64,000 nt of DNA from Octopus sinensis (GCF_006345805.1 NC_042997.1:110608001-110672000), one strand, 5' to 3'; counted from the first letter of the stretch, positions 13,961 to 28,820 are shown. A program made the numbers and translations. The notes: a model not told the origin generated them from the sequence alone.

Positions 13961-13980
13961 TGTGTGTGTGTGTGTGTACA

Positions 13981-14028
<48 letters not shown>

Positions 14029-14363
14029 CACACTTTTGTGATGGGGATTAACAAGGCTACCAATGGTTTCATGTGAAGAGGAATCTCTTAACAATTATCA
14101 AGCCTGCCATTAGGGAATGTGTGGTACTTGTCTCCACTGTAACCTTGTTAACCCACAAATAAAAAATATTTATCCACCAATGCAGTGTTGAGCATTTATT
14201 TTCATTGTTCAATATTTGTGTGTGTGTGTGTGTATACATATCATCATCATCATCATATATAAATATATGAAGAGTTTTGTAGTTTGCTTGAAGCATAATA
14301 ATAGTTAAGTAGAATGAAATGAGAAATACGAAAAGTTTCTAACAAAACAGAAAGTTTTTAAAA

Positions 14364-14404
14364 ATCCTTTATATTTCGGGCACAAAGGCTATCTTCAGAA
14401 GGAT
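14364..14404 (-). ncRNA. Minimal type I hammerhead ribozyme motif
   Basis: Minus strand ATCCTT-CTGAAGA-TAGCCTTTGTGCCC-GAAA-TATA-AAGGAT: perfect 6-bp stem I, imperfect stem II. Confidence 0.55.
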
Positions 14405-15985
14405 GCAGTCAACACCATCACCAACAATTATCATGGAATTTACCATTATTATGACCACTGACTGTTACCATAGCAATCACTACCATCGACAGCTACCATA
14501 ATTATCACTGCTGCTAACCTACAGCTAGTCTTCCACCACTGTCCCCAGCACCACCTTCCTCAATGTGACCAACAGCATCAGCACCAACAACATCAGCATT
14601 TGTGAAGCTGCTGCTACAAGCACCAGCAGCCTGTCTGGCTATCCAAAATGCTAGGTTCTATGTAAACGCATTTCTTTGACTGTGCTCTTCTAAAGACAGA
14701 CCCTTGCACTCAAAATAGAAAGACTTTGTGCATTGCTAGAAGCCTATCTCATGTCTCATTCCATCATCATCATCATCATCATCATTTAGCGTCCGTTTTC
14801 CATGCTAGCATGGGTTGGACGGTTTAACTGGGGTCTGTGAAGCCGGAAGGCTTCATCAGGCCCAGTCAGATTTGGCAGTGTTTCTACGGCTGGATGCCCT
14901 TCCTAACGCCAACCACTCCGTGAGTGTAGTGGGTGCTTTTACGTGCCACCTGCACAGGTGCCAGACAGAGCTGGCAAACGGCCACGAACGGATGGTGTTT
15001 TTACGTGCCACCAGCACGGGGGCCAGGCGTGGCTGGCAACGGACACGAACGGATGGTGCTTTTACGTGCTACCGGCACGGGGTCAAATACATATAAATAT
15101 GCCAGTGTCACATATCTAGCACTCGTGCCAGTGGAACATAAAAAGAACCCTTCAAACTTGTCGTGGAGACAGTGAAAAGTGACCGAGACCTTTGGCAATA
15201 TATCATGCATGAGAGGACTGGTCAAGCCAAGTGAGGTCATAGCTTGGTTGATGCCGGTGTTGCATAACCAGAACTCATGCCAGTGGCACATAAAAAGCAC
15301 ACACTGGATTCTGTCTAGTGATTGGCATATTAGGAAGGGCAGCATCGAGCCATAGAAAACCATGCCAAATCAGACTGGAGTTTGGTGCAGCCTTCCAGCT
15401 TGCCAGCCCTGGTCAAACCATCCAACCCATGCCAGCATGGACAACGGACGTTAAATGATGGTGGTGAGGATGATGATGATGATGATGATGATGTTCGCCT
15501 GTAAAAAATTTCCAGTTATTTTCTCGTTAATTACATAATGGATATTCATTAAGCAATTTTTTAGCTTGGGTAGATTTATCTTGATCCTTCCAATAATATG
15601 AAAGCCATAGAATATGAAACTTTTTTTGTAGAAATATACATGAATGGAAATGTTTCTTAGTTTGGAGAAATTCTTTAAAACATGAAGCAAAGACAGGAAG
15701 AGAGCAAGAGGAGGAAAGATGATACGGTTATCTATACAGTTACATAATGACAAATAATATATGTATATATATATGGAGAGAGAGAGACTTCTACACAGAC
15801 ATCACATTTATACATATGCGCACGCACACACACACACACATGCATACATACATGCACAGACACTCTTTTGCACAAATATGCATCTCACCAATGTACATAC
15901 ACATACAAACACACACACACATACATAACATGCACAAGACAATTATTTTTATCATTATTATTATCATCATCATCATTATCATCAA

Positions 15986-16016
<31 letters not shown>

Positions 16017-17484
16017 CATTATTATCATCATCATTATTATTATCATTATCATCATCATCATTATTACCATTATTATTATTATTATTATCATTGATATTGA
16101 TATAATATCTCAGGTAGCACACACACACACACACACGCACACACACATTCCTCAACACAGTGTCTCAAAGGAATGTCTGTTCTCTCAAGACTGTTTCACA
16201 TCAAAGAAAACATACAGAAGACTTATAGATTCTAGAATAAACATTAGCATATTTTACATAATTTATGCTAATTACGCAGCCATAGTGGTGATTTCTAGAA
16301 GCCATTTTTTAAGACTTCCAAAGATGAACAGAAGATTGTATGGGATGCAATTACATTAAATATATTCTGACAATCTCACCTGTAAATGTTGAATCTAGTA
16401 GCTGCTATTCTTTTATCTGTTACCTGTTTCAGTCATTAGGCTGTGGCCATGCTGGGGCACTGACCTCAAGAATTTTAGTCAAACAAATCAATACCAGTAT
16501 TTTTTTTATTTCTTAAGCTTGATACTTGTTTTATATGTTACAGGGATGTAAACAAACCAACACCAATCGTCAGGCAGCAATGAGGCACAGAGACAAAGAC
16601 ACGCAGAGACACACACACAGATGTAAAGGAATCAAAATTGAAATCAAATTCGATGACTGGCATTCGTGCTAGTGGAGCGCTAAGAGCACTATCCGAGCAG
16701 GATCATTGCCAGAGCAGCTAACTGGCTTCCGTGCCGGTGGCACATAAAAAGTACCATTCGAGCATGATCATTACCAGCATTGCCTGACTGGCACTTGTGG
16801 TGGTGGCACATGAAAAAACATTCGAGCGAGGTCATTGCTAGTGCCACTGGACTGGCCCTGTGCAGGTGGCACGTAAAAAAACACCACTTGAGCATGGCTG
16901 TTCCCAGTGCCACCTGACTAGCCCTCGTGCTGGGGGCACGTAAAAGCACCACTACACTCTCAGAGTGGTTAGCGTTAGGAAGGGCATCCAGCTGTAGAAA
17001 CTCTGCCAGATCAGATTGGAGCCTGGTGCAGCCATCTGGTTCGCCAGCCCTCAGTCAAAATCGTCCAGCCCATGCTAGCATGGAAAGCAGCCGTTAAACA
17101 ATGATGATGATGATGATAAAGAAGCATTGGTTATAAAACAAACATTAAATTTGGGTCAACAACTTTACATCCAACACCAACCCTCAAACATTTAATCATA
17201 TATATATAAAAAACACCATGATCTACAAAAACATTTAAAAAAATGATACATATGCATAAAATCACAGAAGATAAAAATATATATTCTAATAAAATACAAA
17301 TAGAACGGCTTATCAAAAGTTAAATATAATGACTAAAAATTGAAAACTACCACAAAGCCTAATGGACAAATATGAAATAAATAAAGATAAAAATAAAATA
17401 AAATAAATGTCCACCGAATAAAATGATTTTATCAGACAAAATATTTTTTTTAAATTTAAAAAAAGTTTTCTTTTTTTTAAATAT

Positions 17485-17645
17485 TTGAAAAAGTCTTTTA
17501 CTTCCCTCACACAAGCGCATCCAAAGTCCATAAGTAAACAGACTTCCACAGGTCAAATTCACATACACCTTGAAAAAAGTCTTTTACTCCCCTCACACAA
17601 GTACATCCAAAGTTCATAATAGACAGATATCACAGGTCAAATTCA
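17485..17645. repeat. Local tandem duplication, about 85-bp unit, two copies
   Basis: TTGAAAAAGTCTTTTACT.CCCTCACACAAG..CATCCAAAGT.CATAA..CACAGGTCAAATTCA occurs twice. Confidence 0.8.
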
Positions 17646-18759
17646 GCATTCACATATATCTATAGCCATTTTAGGAGCTCACCACCGCAGTTCATTTACA
17701 CAACAATGCATCACAGCAATGATCCCCTCATCAAGATAAACATGAAACATGCACAGATCAAAACTTTTTATGAAAAGCTTATATAATTTAAGAAGAACCC
17801 ATCAGCGGACCAGTCCAAATTTCCTATAGAAAAGAAATAAAGAGACTATTGCTTAACACTGAGGTGGCTGTAGTTAACAGAAATTTAACCTTGCCAGTTT
17901 CAAATCCCTGTAACCCTAAACAATTTTATTACATTTCTTTTTATTTCTATATACTTTCAAAAAGGTGGACAAAAACCTATGGTTGCAAAAAGGGATCACC
18001 TCAGTAAATCTATTCAAAGTTTTTGTGTGTGTGTATAATTAAATTAAAAGGACAAAGAAATGGAGGTGGGGTGGGGTGCATCAGGTGTAGTATTGGCGGA
18101 TTTCAGGAAGCATGCAAGTTTTAAAGAATGTAGTGTCTCCACAGCAAAAGACTGATGTGGAGAGTTTATTCCATGCCTCAACAATTCTTAGCATCACCAT
18201 TGTCGTCATCATTTTTGTCAATACCGCCATCACATCGTCATTGTTATCCTCATTACATCATCAACATCATCACCGTCATCATCACCACCACTGCCATCAC
18301 CACCGTCACCACCATCACCACCACTACTACCACCACTGCCATCACTACCGCCACCACCATCACTGCTACAGCTACTGCCATTGCCACCACCACCATCACC
18401 ACCGCCACAACACCATCATCACTGCCACCACCCTTACTACCGCCACCGCCATCATAGGCCTTGTAAGAGGGGCTTTGCTGTGAGCAGGGGACATATGGCA
18501 AGAACCCACAGGAAAAAAACCAACAGCCATCTCATGCAGAGCATAGCTAATAGTGTGTGCTACTCAGAGTAACTCATGAGGTTTTGTCCACCCCTCTCCC
18601 TAGCCATGCTTCTGATCTCCTGAGTAACAACAATAGATTCACAATATAACCATTCCAAATACCTATCTATCTATTTATCTGTCTATCTATCTTTTTATAA
18701 ATCTCTTTCTATAGCAATTTATCTATACGCCCCTATCTATGAATCTATCACTCTGTCTG

Positions 18760-18815
<56 letters not shown>

Positions 18816-19666
18816 CGTATAGCTATTTATATCCTTCTATGTATCAATCTATCAATTTATCTATCTAGCTATCTATCTGTCTATCTATTTATGAATCTCG
18901 CTCTCTCTCTCTATCTATCTATCTATCTATCTATATCTCTCTGACTGACTGCCTCTCTCTTTCTTTCACACGCGCGCACAGCTACAAACATATGCAAGGT
19001 AACTCCCATCAACAAGTCCTTCAATAAACACCGACATGGTTGAACGTTCCACAACTACATTCTCTTCTCTCTCTTTCTCTCCCCTCTTTTTCTCAATCTC
19101 ATACAAAATTCAGTAAAAAATCGAAAAGGTCTGACACCCTCGCTCCGTGATTCAAAGGATATCATGTTAGGTATCTTCAAAGGTAATTGGCTGTCGACAA
19201 TAATCACTCCGCTACCTCACGCTCGCCCTCATGACCTCCTCACCGCAATCTTAGTTTTCTTATAATCATTCTTACAGGCATTTTATCTGAGGTCCCAACA
19301 CATATGGCAATTGTTACTCATGTCATTACTATGTAGTACTCCAGCATGGTCACAGCCAGATAGGTGCGCGTGCGTGCATGTGGGCATCTTTTTCTGTTTC
19401 ATCGTTAATCTATCTTCTCCTTGTTTCACTCATCAGTCTGCGGCCATGCTAAAGGTTTAGTCAAAGAAATCAACCCCAGTAACTTATTTGAAGCCCTGGT
19501 ACTTATTTATTGATACCTTTTTATTGAACCGCCATGTTACAAACCAATATCGGTTGTCTAGCAGTGGGGGCGGGACACAAACACACACACACACACACAC
19601 AACAGGCTTCTTTCAGTTTCCGTTTACATAATCCACTCACAAGGATATGGTCAGCATTCTTATACA

Positions 19667-20077
<411 letters not shown>

Positions 20078-20315
20078 CCTGTATGCATGCATGTTGTTTA
20101 GCAACAAGTCTTCAGAGCTGTGATTACAGATCAGAGATATTTCCAGCCATTGTCCCTGCTCCCGCTTTTCTTTCAGATACAGTGTCATCATCTAGCACTA
20201 CCTTCTGCCGTGTGTCCTTTTCTTAAATGACTGGCTACAACTTGAAAACAAAAACAAAAATGTTACTGCTATTTCAACGAGATGAAACGACCTCAAACAA
20301 GTTGCCTTGTCTGCT

Positions 20316-20346
<31 letters not shown>

Positions 20347-20564
20347 AAGTGCGTGTATGCGCGCGTTTATATATGTATGCGTGCGCGTGTGTGTGTTCAT
20401 ACATGCATACATACAGATCGATTCTTGAGACTTCTATGAAATACTAAAAAGTATACATATAAACACACACACACACATATATATATATATAGGAATAATT
20501 ACTATGAAGCATTGTGTAGAATATATTGTATAAAGGATCGCAGGTGAGGCCTAATGATCCTTTA

Positions 20565-21275
20565 TACAATATATATATATACATATATATATATGTGTGT
20601 GTGTATGTATGTATATATGTATATATATGTGTGTGTGTATACATATACATACACGCATACATACATGCATACGTATATATACATACATACACACACGCAT
20701 GCATGCATGCATACATACATGCATACAAACATACATACATACACACATATAATACAAACATGCATACATACGTACATACATACATACGTACGTGCATGCA
20801 TGCATACATACGTACATACATACATACATACACACATACATACATACATATATACATACGTACATACATACGTAACATACGTACGTACGTGCATGCATGC
20901 ATACATACATGCATGCATGCATACGTGCATGCATACATACATACATACGTACGTACATACATACGTACGTGCATGCATGCATACATATGTACATACATAC
21001 ATACATACATGCATGTATGCATGCATACATACATACATACATATATACATACATACATACGTACGTACGTGCATGCATACATACATGCATACATGCATAT
21101 ATACATACATACGTACGTACATGCATGCATGCATACATACATACATACATACACACATACATGCATGCATGCATGCATACATACATGCATACATACATAC
21201 ATACATACACACACACACACCACACACACACACATACATACATACATACATACATACATACATACGTACGTACGT
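20565..21275. repeat. Compound purine-pyrimidine alternating microsatellite (TACA/TACG/TGCA mosaic)
   Basis: About 700 bp of near-unbroken alternating Y/R tetranucleotides; source of the spurious 200-320 aa ORFs. Confidence 0.95.
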
Positions 21276-22071
21276 AAAACAGGGTCGTTCTTTATGTTGT
21301 TTGTCTTGTTTTCCATTCGTGTCTTTCGTTGTTCGAAAAAAATAATTCCCATTCCATATACACGTACTTCGTATTTTTCTTTCTTTTGTACACGCCTCAT
21401 GACGTCCTGTGCCTACATTACGCATATATATATACGTATAGATGTATGTACACATACATATGTATATATGCATTTATTTCTATTATTATACGATTGAATG
21501 CCACGCATCCTCTTCCAAGCAAGTTTTATCTATATATATAATTAAGATTCAGTTGAATTAGGTACTTAAATTGAGGCACCTTGTTAGGTCTGACTAACAT
21601 GCTTACTCAACACAGGTAATGAATTGACACAGGTACCTCTTTGCTAATTACTTATACATACACGCGCGCGCGCACACACACATATATACACACATGCGTG
21701 GGAGCGGGTCTGGATGATTATAACAGGAAAACATTACTCCAGGAATTATACAGAATATTATTTAGTTGTTGTAGAATAAGAAACGAAAATGAATGCGAGT
21801 GGGTGGTGATGGTGGTGGTGGTGGTGGTAGAGGGGGAAGCATGCGGCGGGGGGGGGGGGTCAGAGACAATGGATGGATGGATGAAGAAACAAGCGAAATA
21901 TGATGACACTAACAAAAAAAGATGAGAAGGAATTATTAAGAGTTCGAAATGCATCGGAATGTGTGTGTGTGGATTGTCAAACATCGATGGATGATGCTTG
22001 TGTGTTTGAATTTACGATCATCAAGAATATTTTACACACACACACATATACAAAAAATTGCAATATGTACA

Positions 22072-22119
<48 letters not shown>

Positions 22120-22351
22120 TATACACACACACATATACACATGCATACATACCAACCTACATACATACATACATACCAACCTACATACATACATGCATAC
22201 ATAAATACATACATAAATACATACATACACATTTACATGCAATTATACAAATGTACATAAAGTGCATACATACATTCAAACGTGTTTCTCTTAATCAATG
22301 TCTTTAATAAATATGCGAGACAAAAAAGTGTTTACTATTTACACCCGCTTT

Positions 22352-22400
<49 letters not shown>

Positions 22401-22730
22401 TATATTCACACACACATTTGACACAGTTAATGGAAAAAAATCAAGGAAGGTGGACGAACACAACAGAGTGGAAAGGTAGAAAGAAGTAGGTTAATAAGGA
22501 AAGTGAGGAGAGAGTGAAGGAAAGGAGAAGAAAGAGAAAAAGAAAAAGAAAGAAAATGACGATAAGAGCCACGATGAAATGCTATGCAAGGGTCATTTTG
22601 AGGTGCGAAGCTCGGTGACCTGTCTTGTTAAAAAGCATGAAATATATTGAAATAGTTTTTGCTGGAATATTTGCAGCTCGCCTGCGTGTCGTATGTCTTT
22701 TATCTGACAGACATACGGCGGGATATATAT

Positions 22731-22798
<68 letters not shown>

Positions 22799-22916
22799 AC
22801 ACACACACAGTGACCGACCAGGCTATCAAATGTTGCTACACATCGCTGGTCACAATGCGCTTCGCATTGTTTTAGCCTTCAATGACGCCACCCCGCTGGC
22901 TAAGCGAGCAGGCCAT

Positions 22917-22968
<52 letters not shown>

Positions 22969-24059
22969 CTTTTACTCTTCTATTTGTTTCAGTTTTTTTA
23001 CTGCGGCCATGCTGGAGCACCGCCTTTAATCGAACACATCGACCCCAGGACTTATTCTCTGTAAGCCTAGTACTTATTCTGTCGAAATCTTTTGCCGAAC
23101 CGCTAAGTTACGGAGACGTAAACACAAAATATCGGTTGTCAAACGATGGTGGGAGGGGACAAACACAGACATACAAACATACATATATATGAAAGAAGCC
23201 CGTCGTATGTGTGTATATATATGTGTGTGTGATTTCGGGCGTTTTGTTGAACCGCTAAGTTGTGGGGGCGTAAACACCAGCACCGGTTGTCAAGTGGTGG
23301 CAGGTGACAAATACATACACATATATGCGATGGGCTTCTTTCAGTTTCCGTCTGCCAAATCCTCTCACAAGGATTTGGTCGGCCCGAGGCTATAACAGAA
23401 GATATTTTCTCAACGTGTCACGCAGCGGGACTGAACCTAGATAAATATGGTTGAGAAGCTAGCTTCTTGCCACACAACCACGTAGTGATGCACAGGACAT
23501 GTCTAAACCGTGTCTGCTGACACTAACACATCGCGGATTCAATGCTGCTGGTGTTGGGTCAATGGAAGAGAACCCTATCTTTGCAGGAGACTTAGAAGAA
23601 TTTTCTGAAAATGCCAGATGCTAAAGACTTCCAAGTTCTTTATATGATGGATGTACGTTTCCATATTTCAGACTCGCGCAGTGACTGGCAGCTCATTACC
23701 AGCGTGATGAATAGCTTTGAATGGCAGCAGAAATGGTTATTTAGGAAGACTTTTATTCAGAGCCTTCGAATGGAATGGAGGGTGTGGTCTGTCTGAGGTG
23801 GTTTCAGAATTTTTGTCCAGTGTGTAGTTACTGGAAATAATGCTGTAGCAGATTCATAAATGAATCGCAGGAGAGCCGAGTAAATATCACGGCCAAACCA
23901 CTGTCGTTTCATGTGATCGGTCGATTAATCAGCCTCAAGCATGGTGTGAACAGACTTTCTACAACTTTGAGCCCAATAAAAGACGGTTTGGGACGGTAAT
24001 GCCTGAATGTGAGGCAGCTACAACCAGCGTGTTGAGGTAGCGACCTGACATCTCCATCC

Positions 24060-24330
24060 CCATGGCAGATAAAAGACACAAGTTTTGTCACCATGAACAT
24101 AGCACTATTGTTTTCCAGTCATGATGGACCAACCACAGATTAATGCGTACCAGTTATATTGGCATAGATCCTAGAAGTATGTCTCTCTCGGTGTCTAATT
24201 GTCGCTGTTAGTTTGTGTCAAAAGACCAACGCAGAAAATACTGTGTGCAGTAATTAAGGCTTCTGTTAATTGCTTGTGAGTGTTGTTAATCATTTTTACT
24301 CACAGAGCTAAAAAGATATTTTCTTTCTCC
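24060..24330. repeat. Unclassified old dispersed repeat (second copy about 39690-39960)
   Basis: Shared AACATAGCAC..TTTTCCA..ATGATG..CCAACCACAGATT.ATG..TATGTCT..CGGT..TAATT.T.GCTGTTAG. Confidence 0.6.
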
Positions 24331-24740
24331 ATCAAATTTACAAACGACACCACACAACAATGCTACCTAGCTACCTGAATTGAAAAGGTGTGGTTGGCTA
24401 TTTCTGCCGGGCTGAGAAAATAGGGGATAAAGCATGTGGGGAAGTTTGCCATTAACAAAAGACCTCATTACTTTGGATGTGATGAGTTAAACCTATTTTT
24501 TGATAAACCGCAATGACTGTGAGATGAAGGTCTGTAGGGGTTTGTAGGAGGTTTCTAAAGTGGACTACCACAGACCTCAGTATACAGTAGTTCAATGATT
24601 TGAGGTTTATAAAGGCCTATAACCTTTCGATGTTGTAAAGGTTGCCATACCATCTTTTGTGTGGCAGCATAGTCGCCCAAATGAGGATAAAACGAAAAAG
24701 TACAGGACCCAGCACATATCCTTGACTCACGCATATTTTA

Positions 24741-24780
<40 letters not shown>

Positions 24781-25233
24781 CGCATACACTAACACCGTAT
24801 GTAAATTAATGTATTCAGACATACATACAAAACAAACACATATATAATACACACACACACACACACACAAAGCCATATGCTATCGTCTGCCATGTGTACC
24901 ACCCAGTTTTCCCCGATATATTATATAAATGTTAAACCATACGTAGGAGTTTTCTCTCCGTCTTTTGTCTGTCATGTATTTGCTACACTGACTGGCAAAC
25001 GCAACATCGCAAATGTTGCGACTGTGCGCAGGACTGTGTGTATATGTACGTGTGAGTGTAACTGTGAACGTGTGTGTGTGTGTGTGTGTGTTTGATTTCG
25101 TAGATTAAATGTCAGAATATCGTTCGTTAAAAGAAATAAAATTAGAAAAGCGACTATCCATTTTCCACCGTTCCTATCTGTCTATCCATAGGAGTCCGAC
25201 TATCTTAAGCATGTGTGTGTGTGTGTATGTGTG

Positions 25234-25284
<51 letters not shown>

Positions 25285-25446
25285 GCATACGTCAATAACC
25301 ATGTGTGTCTGTATACACACACACACACACACACACGCACATGTATATTATGCACACACAATTATAGATTGATTGACACACAAATAGATACACAGAGAAA
25401 TTTTAGGGTGTGTGTGTATTTGTGAGTGTGTATACACATATGCATG

Positions 25447-25509
<63 letters not shown>

Positions 25510-25639
25510 ATACACGCCCACGCATACATATACACATATGCAGGTACACTAACACCCTACTGCATATAGGTATGTGTTTGCGTGTGTACACATACATATA
25601 ACACACACACTCAAAATATCCCTAGATTAGAGGCTAAAC

Positions 25640-26200
25640 GTGGATAACCCTTTTATGCATGACTACACAGGAAAATCTTCCCTAGACTTGACTGAAGTGC
25701 CTCGGTCCGTTGCACACGTAATGTGAAAAAAAATGGTCTTAGTTAATTCCCATAAGTCGCGGACAGAGGGCAGGATGCTCATGTAGGGTTTACAAAAGGT
25801 GCCCAGTGAACGGTCAGTGCAAGACCGAGGCCGTCATCTACGAAGCAGAGGTAGTATCGACCAATACAATTGGGACGATACTTATGCAGAAATACGTCGG
25901 TGCAACAGATGACCATTTTAAGGTACAGCTGAATAAACACTAATCATCCTTTAGGAACTACAAATTTAGTTATCTATGAGGGTGCAACATCATCTAAAGT
26001 CAACTGGAGGTTGCTGGAAAGATTTGAGCGGTATTATAATGTAAGTAGGATAGGAGATGTAAACTCTGCTTTGTGGAGAAGAGGATCATTCAAACAAACT
26101 AGCAAAAAACTTGTATGATTCGAATACTTTCTTAAATTCCTGAACTCACAAAGCGAAATTTTCGGTTACTGCCCTTACGAACGCAAATTCATTTTGACAG
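25640..26200 (+). pseudogene. Decayed Penelope-like element GIY-YIG endonuclease (Cys-rich, Naiad/Chlamys-like) fragment
   Basis: Manual translation from 25773: GCSCRVYKRCPVNGQCKTEAVIYEAEV..KYVGATDDHFKVQLNKH*SSFR, then CKLCFVEKRII and LNSQSEIFGYCPYERKF. This matches the CxC..CP..G.C / VIY..YIG / CxLCxxEK / LN..SE pattern. Absent from the ORF track because of internal stops. Confidence 0.8.
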
Positions 26201-26782
26201 CGTGTTTCATATTCCTAGAGAACGATGCAACACAGCCTGTACACTTCGCTCTTAGCTTGTAGTAATCCATGAAGAATAACTCTTTCTTCTTTATTTTCTT
26301 TCTGATTAGTTCTTCAGCCCTTAAACACCAAAAATTTTTTCACTAAATTTCGTTCCACTCTTTTGCTACCAATGAATCAACCAAGTCTCCGCACAATCAA
26401 ACGTAGCATTCTGTCCAGTTATTTGCCATAAACAGTAATATATCGTTTGATGATTGTCACTCTTTCTCTACATCTGCCTATACCAGCCATTATTCACATC
26501 TTAGAATTAAGTTTATTCTAATTGTGGGAGAAGCCCTTGGAGTCCATCTTCCATATATATATATATATATATATGCTTTCTCATTGGTAATGCATTCCTG
26601 TATATACGCTTACATGTATGTATTTCCCCAAATAAATTTCACTTCATGTCTGAGGCTCTGAGGAAGCTGTAAGCTGTTATTCAAACACTCAAATATGAGA
26701 CCACCACATCTCATAATGGGAACCGGTGTAGTTTAATGACGTCCATAAGATAGACAGTAATTCTTTTGTCATCTCCTTTTTT

Positions 26783-26814
<32 letters not shown>

Positions 26815-27559
26815 TGTATGTATGTGTAGATAGATAGATAGAGAGAGAGAGAGAGAAAGAGAAAGAGATAGACAGATATATATATAAACAGAGAGAGGTG
26901 GGGAGAGATCACATTTTCTTCATTTTAACGCCTGTGAGCACGAGTCATTGATAACGACCAATGAAGCAGAAGTGCATCTGGTGTTCACCCTGGCCACGGC
27001 TGGAACGACTTTCGTCTCCCTCTGCTGCAAACTTGCCTTTAACGATGTATTCACATTATGATACGTAGATGGTTGTTATGTGTATGTGTATATGTATTTC
27101 ACATTATATAGATAGAGTCAAAGTTCAATCACATCTGCTTATTTCAGTATTCCATACTTGTATGTAGTTGTTATAACTGTGTGATGTATGCATAAGAGTT
27201 GAAAATTCTCGAATACATTTTTGGCAGAGTCAATTACATATCAAAACAGGAAACTGGGAAAAAATATTTTCCTATTATTCATTCACCATTACACGTGTTT
27301 CATTGGCTAATAGGAGTTACAAAAGTTTACATGTAGGAGCAACATGTAAGCTATTTCCTATTAGAAATTCTTTAGACAGAGAATCAAAGAAAGTATTATT
27401 CAAATGAATTCATGTGCAATGGTTAATAAATAACCAAAGAATTTTCCCATCTCCTTGTATTACATATACGTATACACGCGCGCACATACACACAGAAAAT
27501 AAGATAGGCTGCATGCAATGAGAATATAGAGAATGATTATTAAAAATGACTAAAATATG

Positions 27560-27591
<32 letters not shown>

Positions 27592-27909
27592 TGAAAATAC
27601 GACTGTGTTCTCGTTTTATCTTCTTATGTCACTGACTTTTCATATTTTGTGTAGGTGCCTTGCAGTTCGTTTGAAGTGGGATGATGTATTCCTAAATTCA
27701 TCATTAATGATTCTAGACCTTTGCCTTCTCATCTTAGTGGTCTTGGCGTGTTTCGCTCCAGTGTGGGTGGTGCGGACATTATCATCGGAATTATGTGCAT
27801 ATATGCAGGTCTGTGTATGCGCGTGTGTGTGCGTATGTGTTTCTGTGCGCATTCTCCGTAATACTTTTTCCAAAACGCAAATTGCCTAATCTTCTTATGT
27901 ATGTAGAGA

Positions 27910-28110
27910 AATGGTAAGTCACTGAAAAGGTCGCGAATAGAGATGAAAGGACTTTGACTAACAACCAACTGATTGTTTGACCAGTACATTAAACAAATAA
28001 TCTAGTTGGTTAGTTAATCAATTGGCTAAAAATTAAGAAGAGATATTGAACCAGTGTGTGTTATTATTGGTACAATGACCCTTCCAAGACACAAGATTAT
28101 TAGAAACACT
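27910..28110. repeat. Unclassified dispersed repeat (second copy about 43095-43260)
   Basis: Shared CACTGAAAAGGTCGCGAATAG.GA.GAA..ACTTTGAC and AATGACCCT.C.AAGACACAAGA. Confidence 0.65.
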
Positions 28111-28350
28111 TTGATGTAAACCTTGCTTTGATTGATATTGTAAACTGAAGCCTATTATAATTTACGTTGTAATTTTGTCCTATCTCAAACGTGTAATCAC
28201 AAATCACGCTCTGTTGAATTTTTATGACATTATTCTACCAACAATATCTGAAGAGGTCGATTTTATGTTGATATATAACAAACAAAGAAAAGTATATATA
28301 CTTCATTCTTTGCGAAATTAATAGAAAGAAAAGTTGTTATAGGCGAAAGG

Positions 28351-28702
28351 AAGGCGGTGAGCTAGCAGAAACGTTAGCACGCCGGGCGAAATGCTTAGCA
28401 GTATTTCGTCTACCGCTACGTTCTGAGTTCAAATTCCGCCGAGGTCGACTTTGCCTTTCATCCTTTCGGGGTAAATTAAGTAAGTACCAGTTACGCACTG
28501 GGGTCGATATAATCGACTTAATCCGTTTGTCTGTCCTTGTTTGTCCTCTCTGTGTTTAGCCCCTTGTGGGTAGTAAAGAAATAGGTATTGCGTCTGTCTT
28601 TACGTTCTGAGTTCAAATTCTGCCTTTCATCCTTTCGGTGTCGATCTAATCGATTGGCCCCCTCCCCTAAAATTTCGGGCGTAGTGCCTAGAGTAGAAAA
28701 GA
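28351..28702 (+). mobile_element. SINE family A copy with 14-bp target-site duplication
   Basis: TTATAGGCGAAAGG (28337-28350) / TTATAGGTGAAAGG (28703-28716). Confidence 0.85.
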
Positions 28703-28779
28703 TTATAGGTGAAAGGTCATTGAATATCATTACAAAAAAATCTAGATAGAGAAGGAGAGAGAGAGAAACATACGTACAT

Positions 28780-28820
<41 letters not shown>

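Noticed and set aside
18112-18483. His-rich ORF (and similar poly-His/Thr/Ile ORFs at 15.7-16.3 kb and 41.7-42.0 kb)
   Set aside because: Degenerate (CAC/CAT/TAC/TAT)n trinucleotide repeats
20444-21497. Overlapping 230-320 aa ORFs on both strands
   Set aside because: Translations of a microsatellite (YVCM/HTYI repeats)
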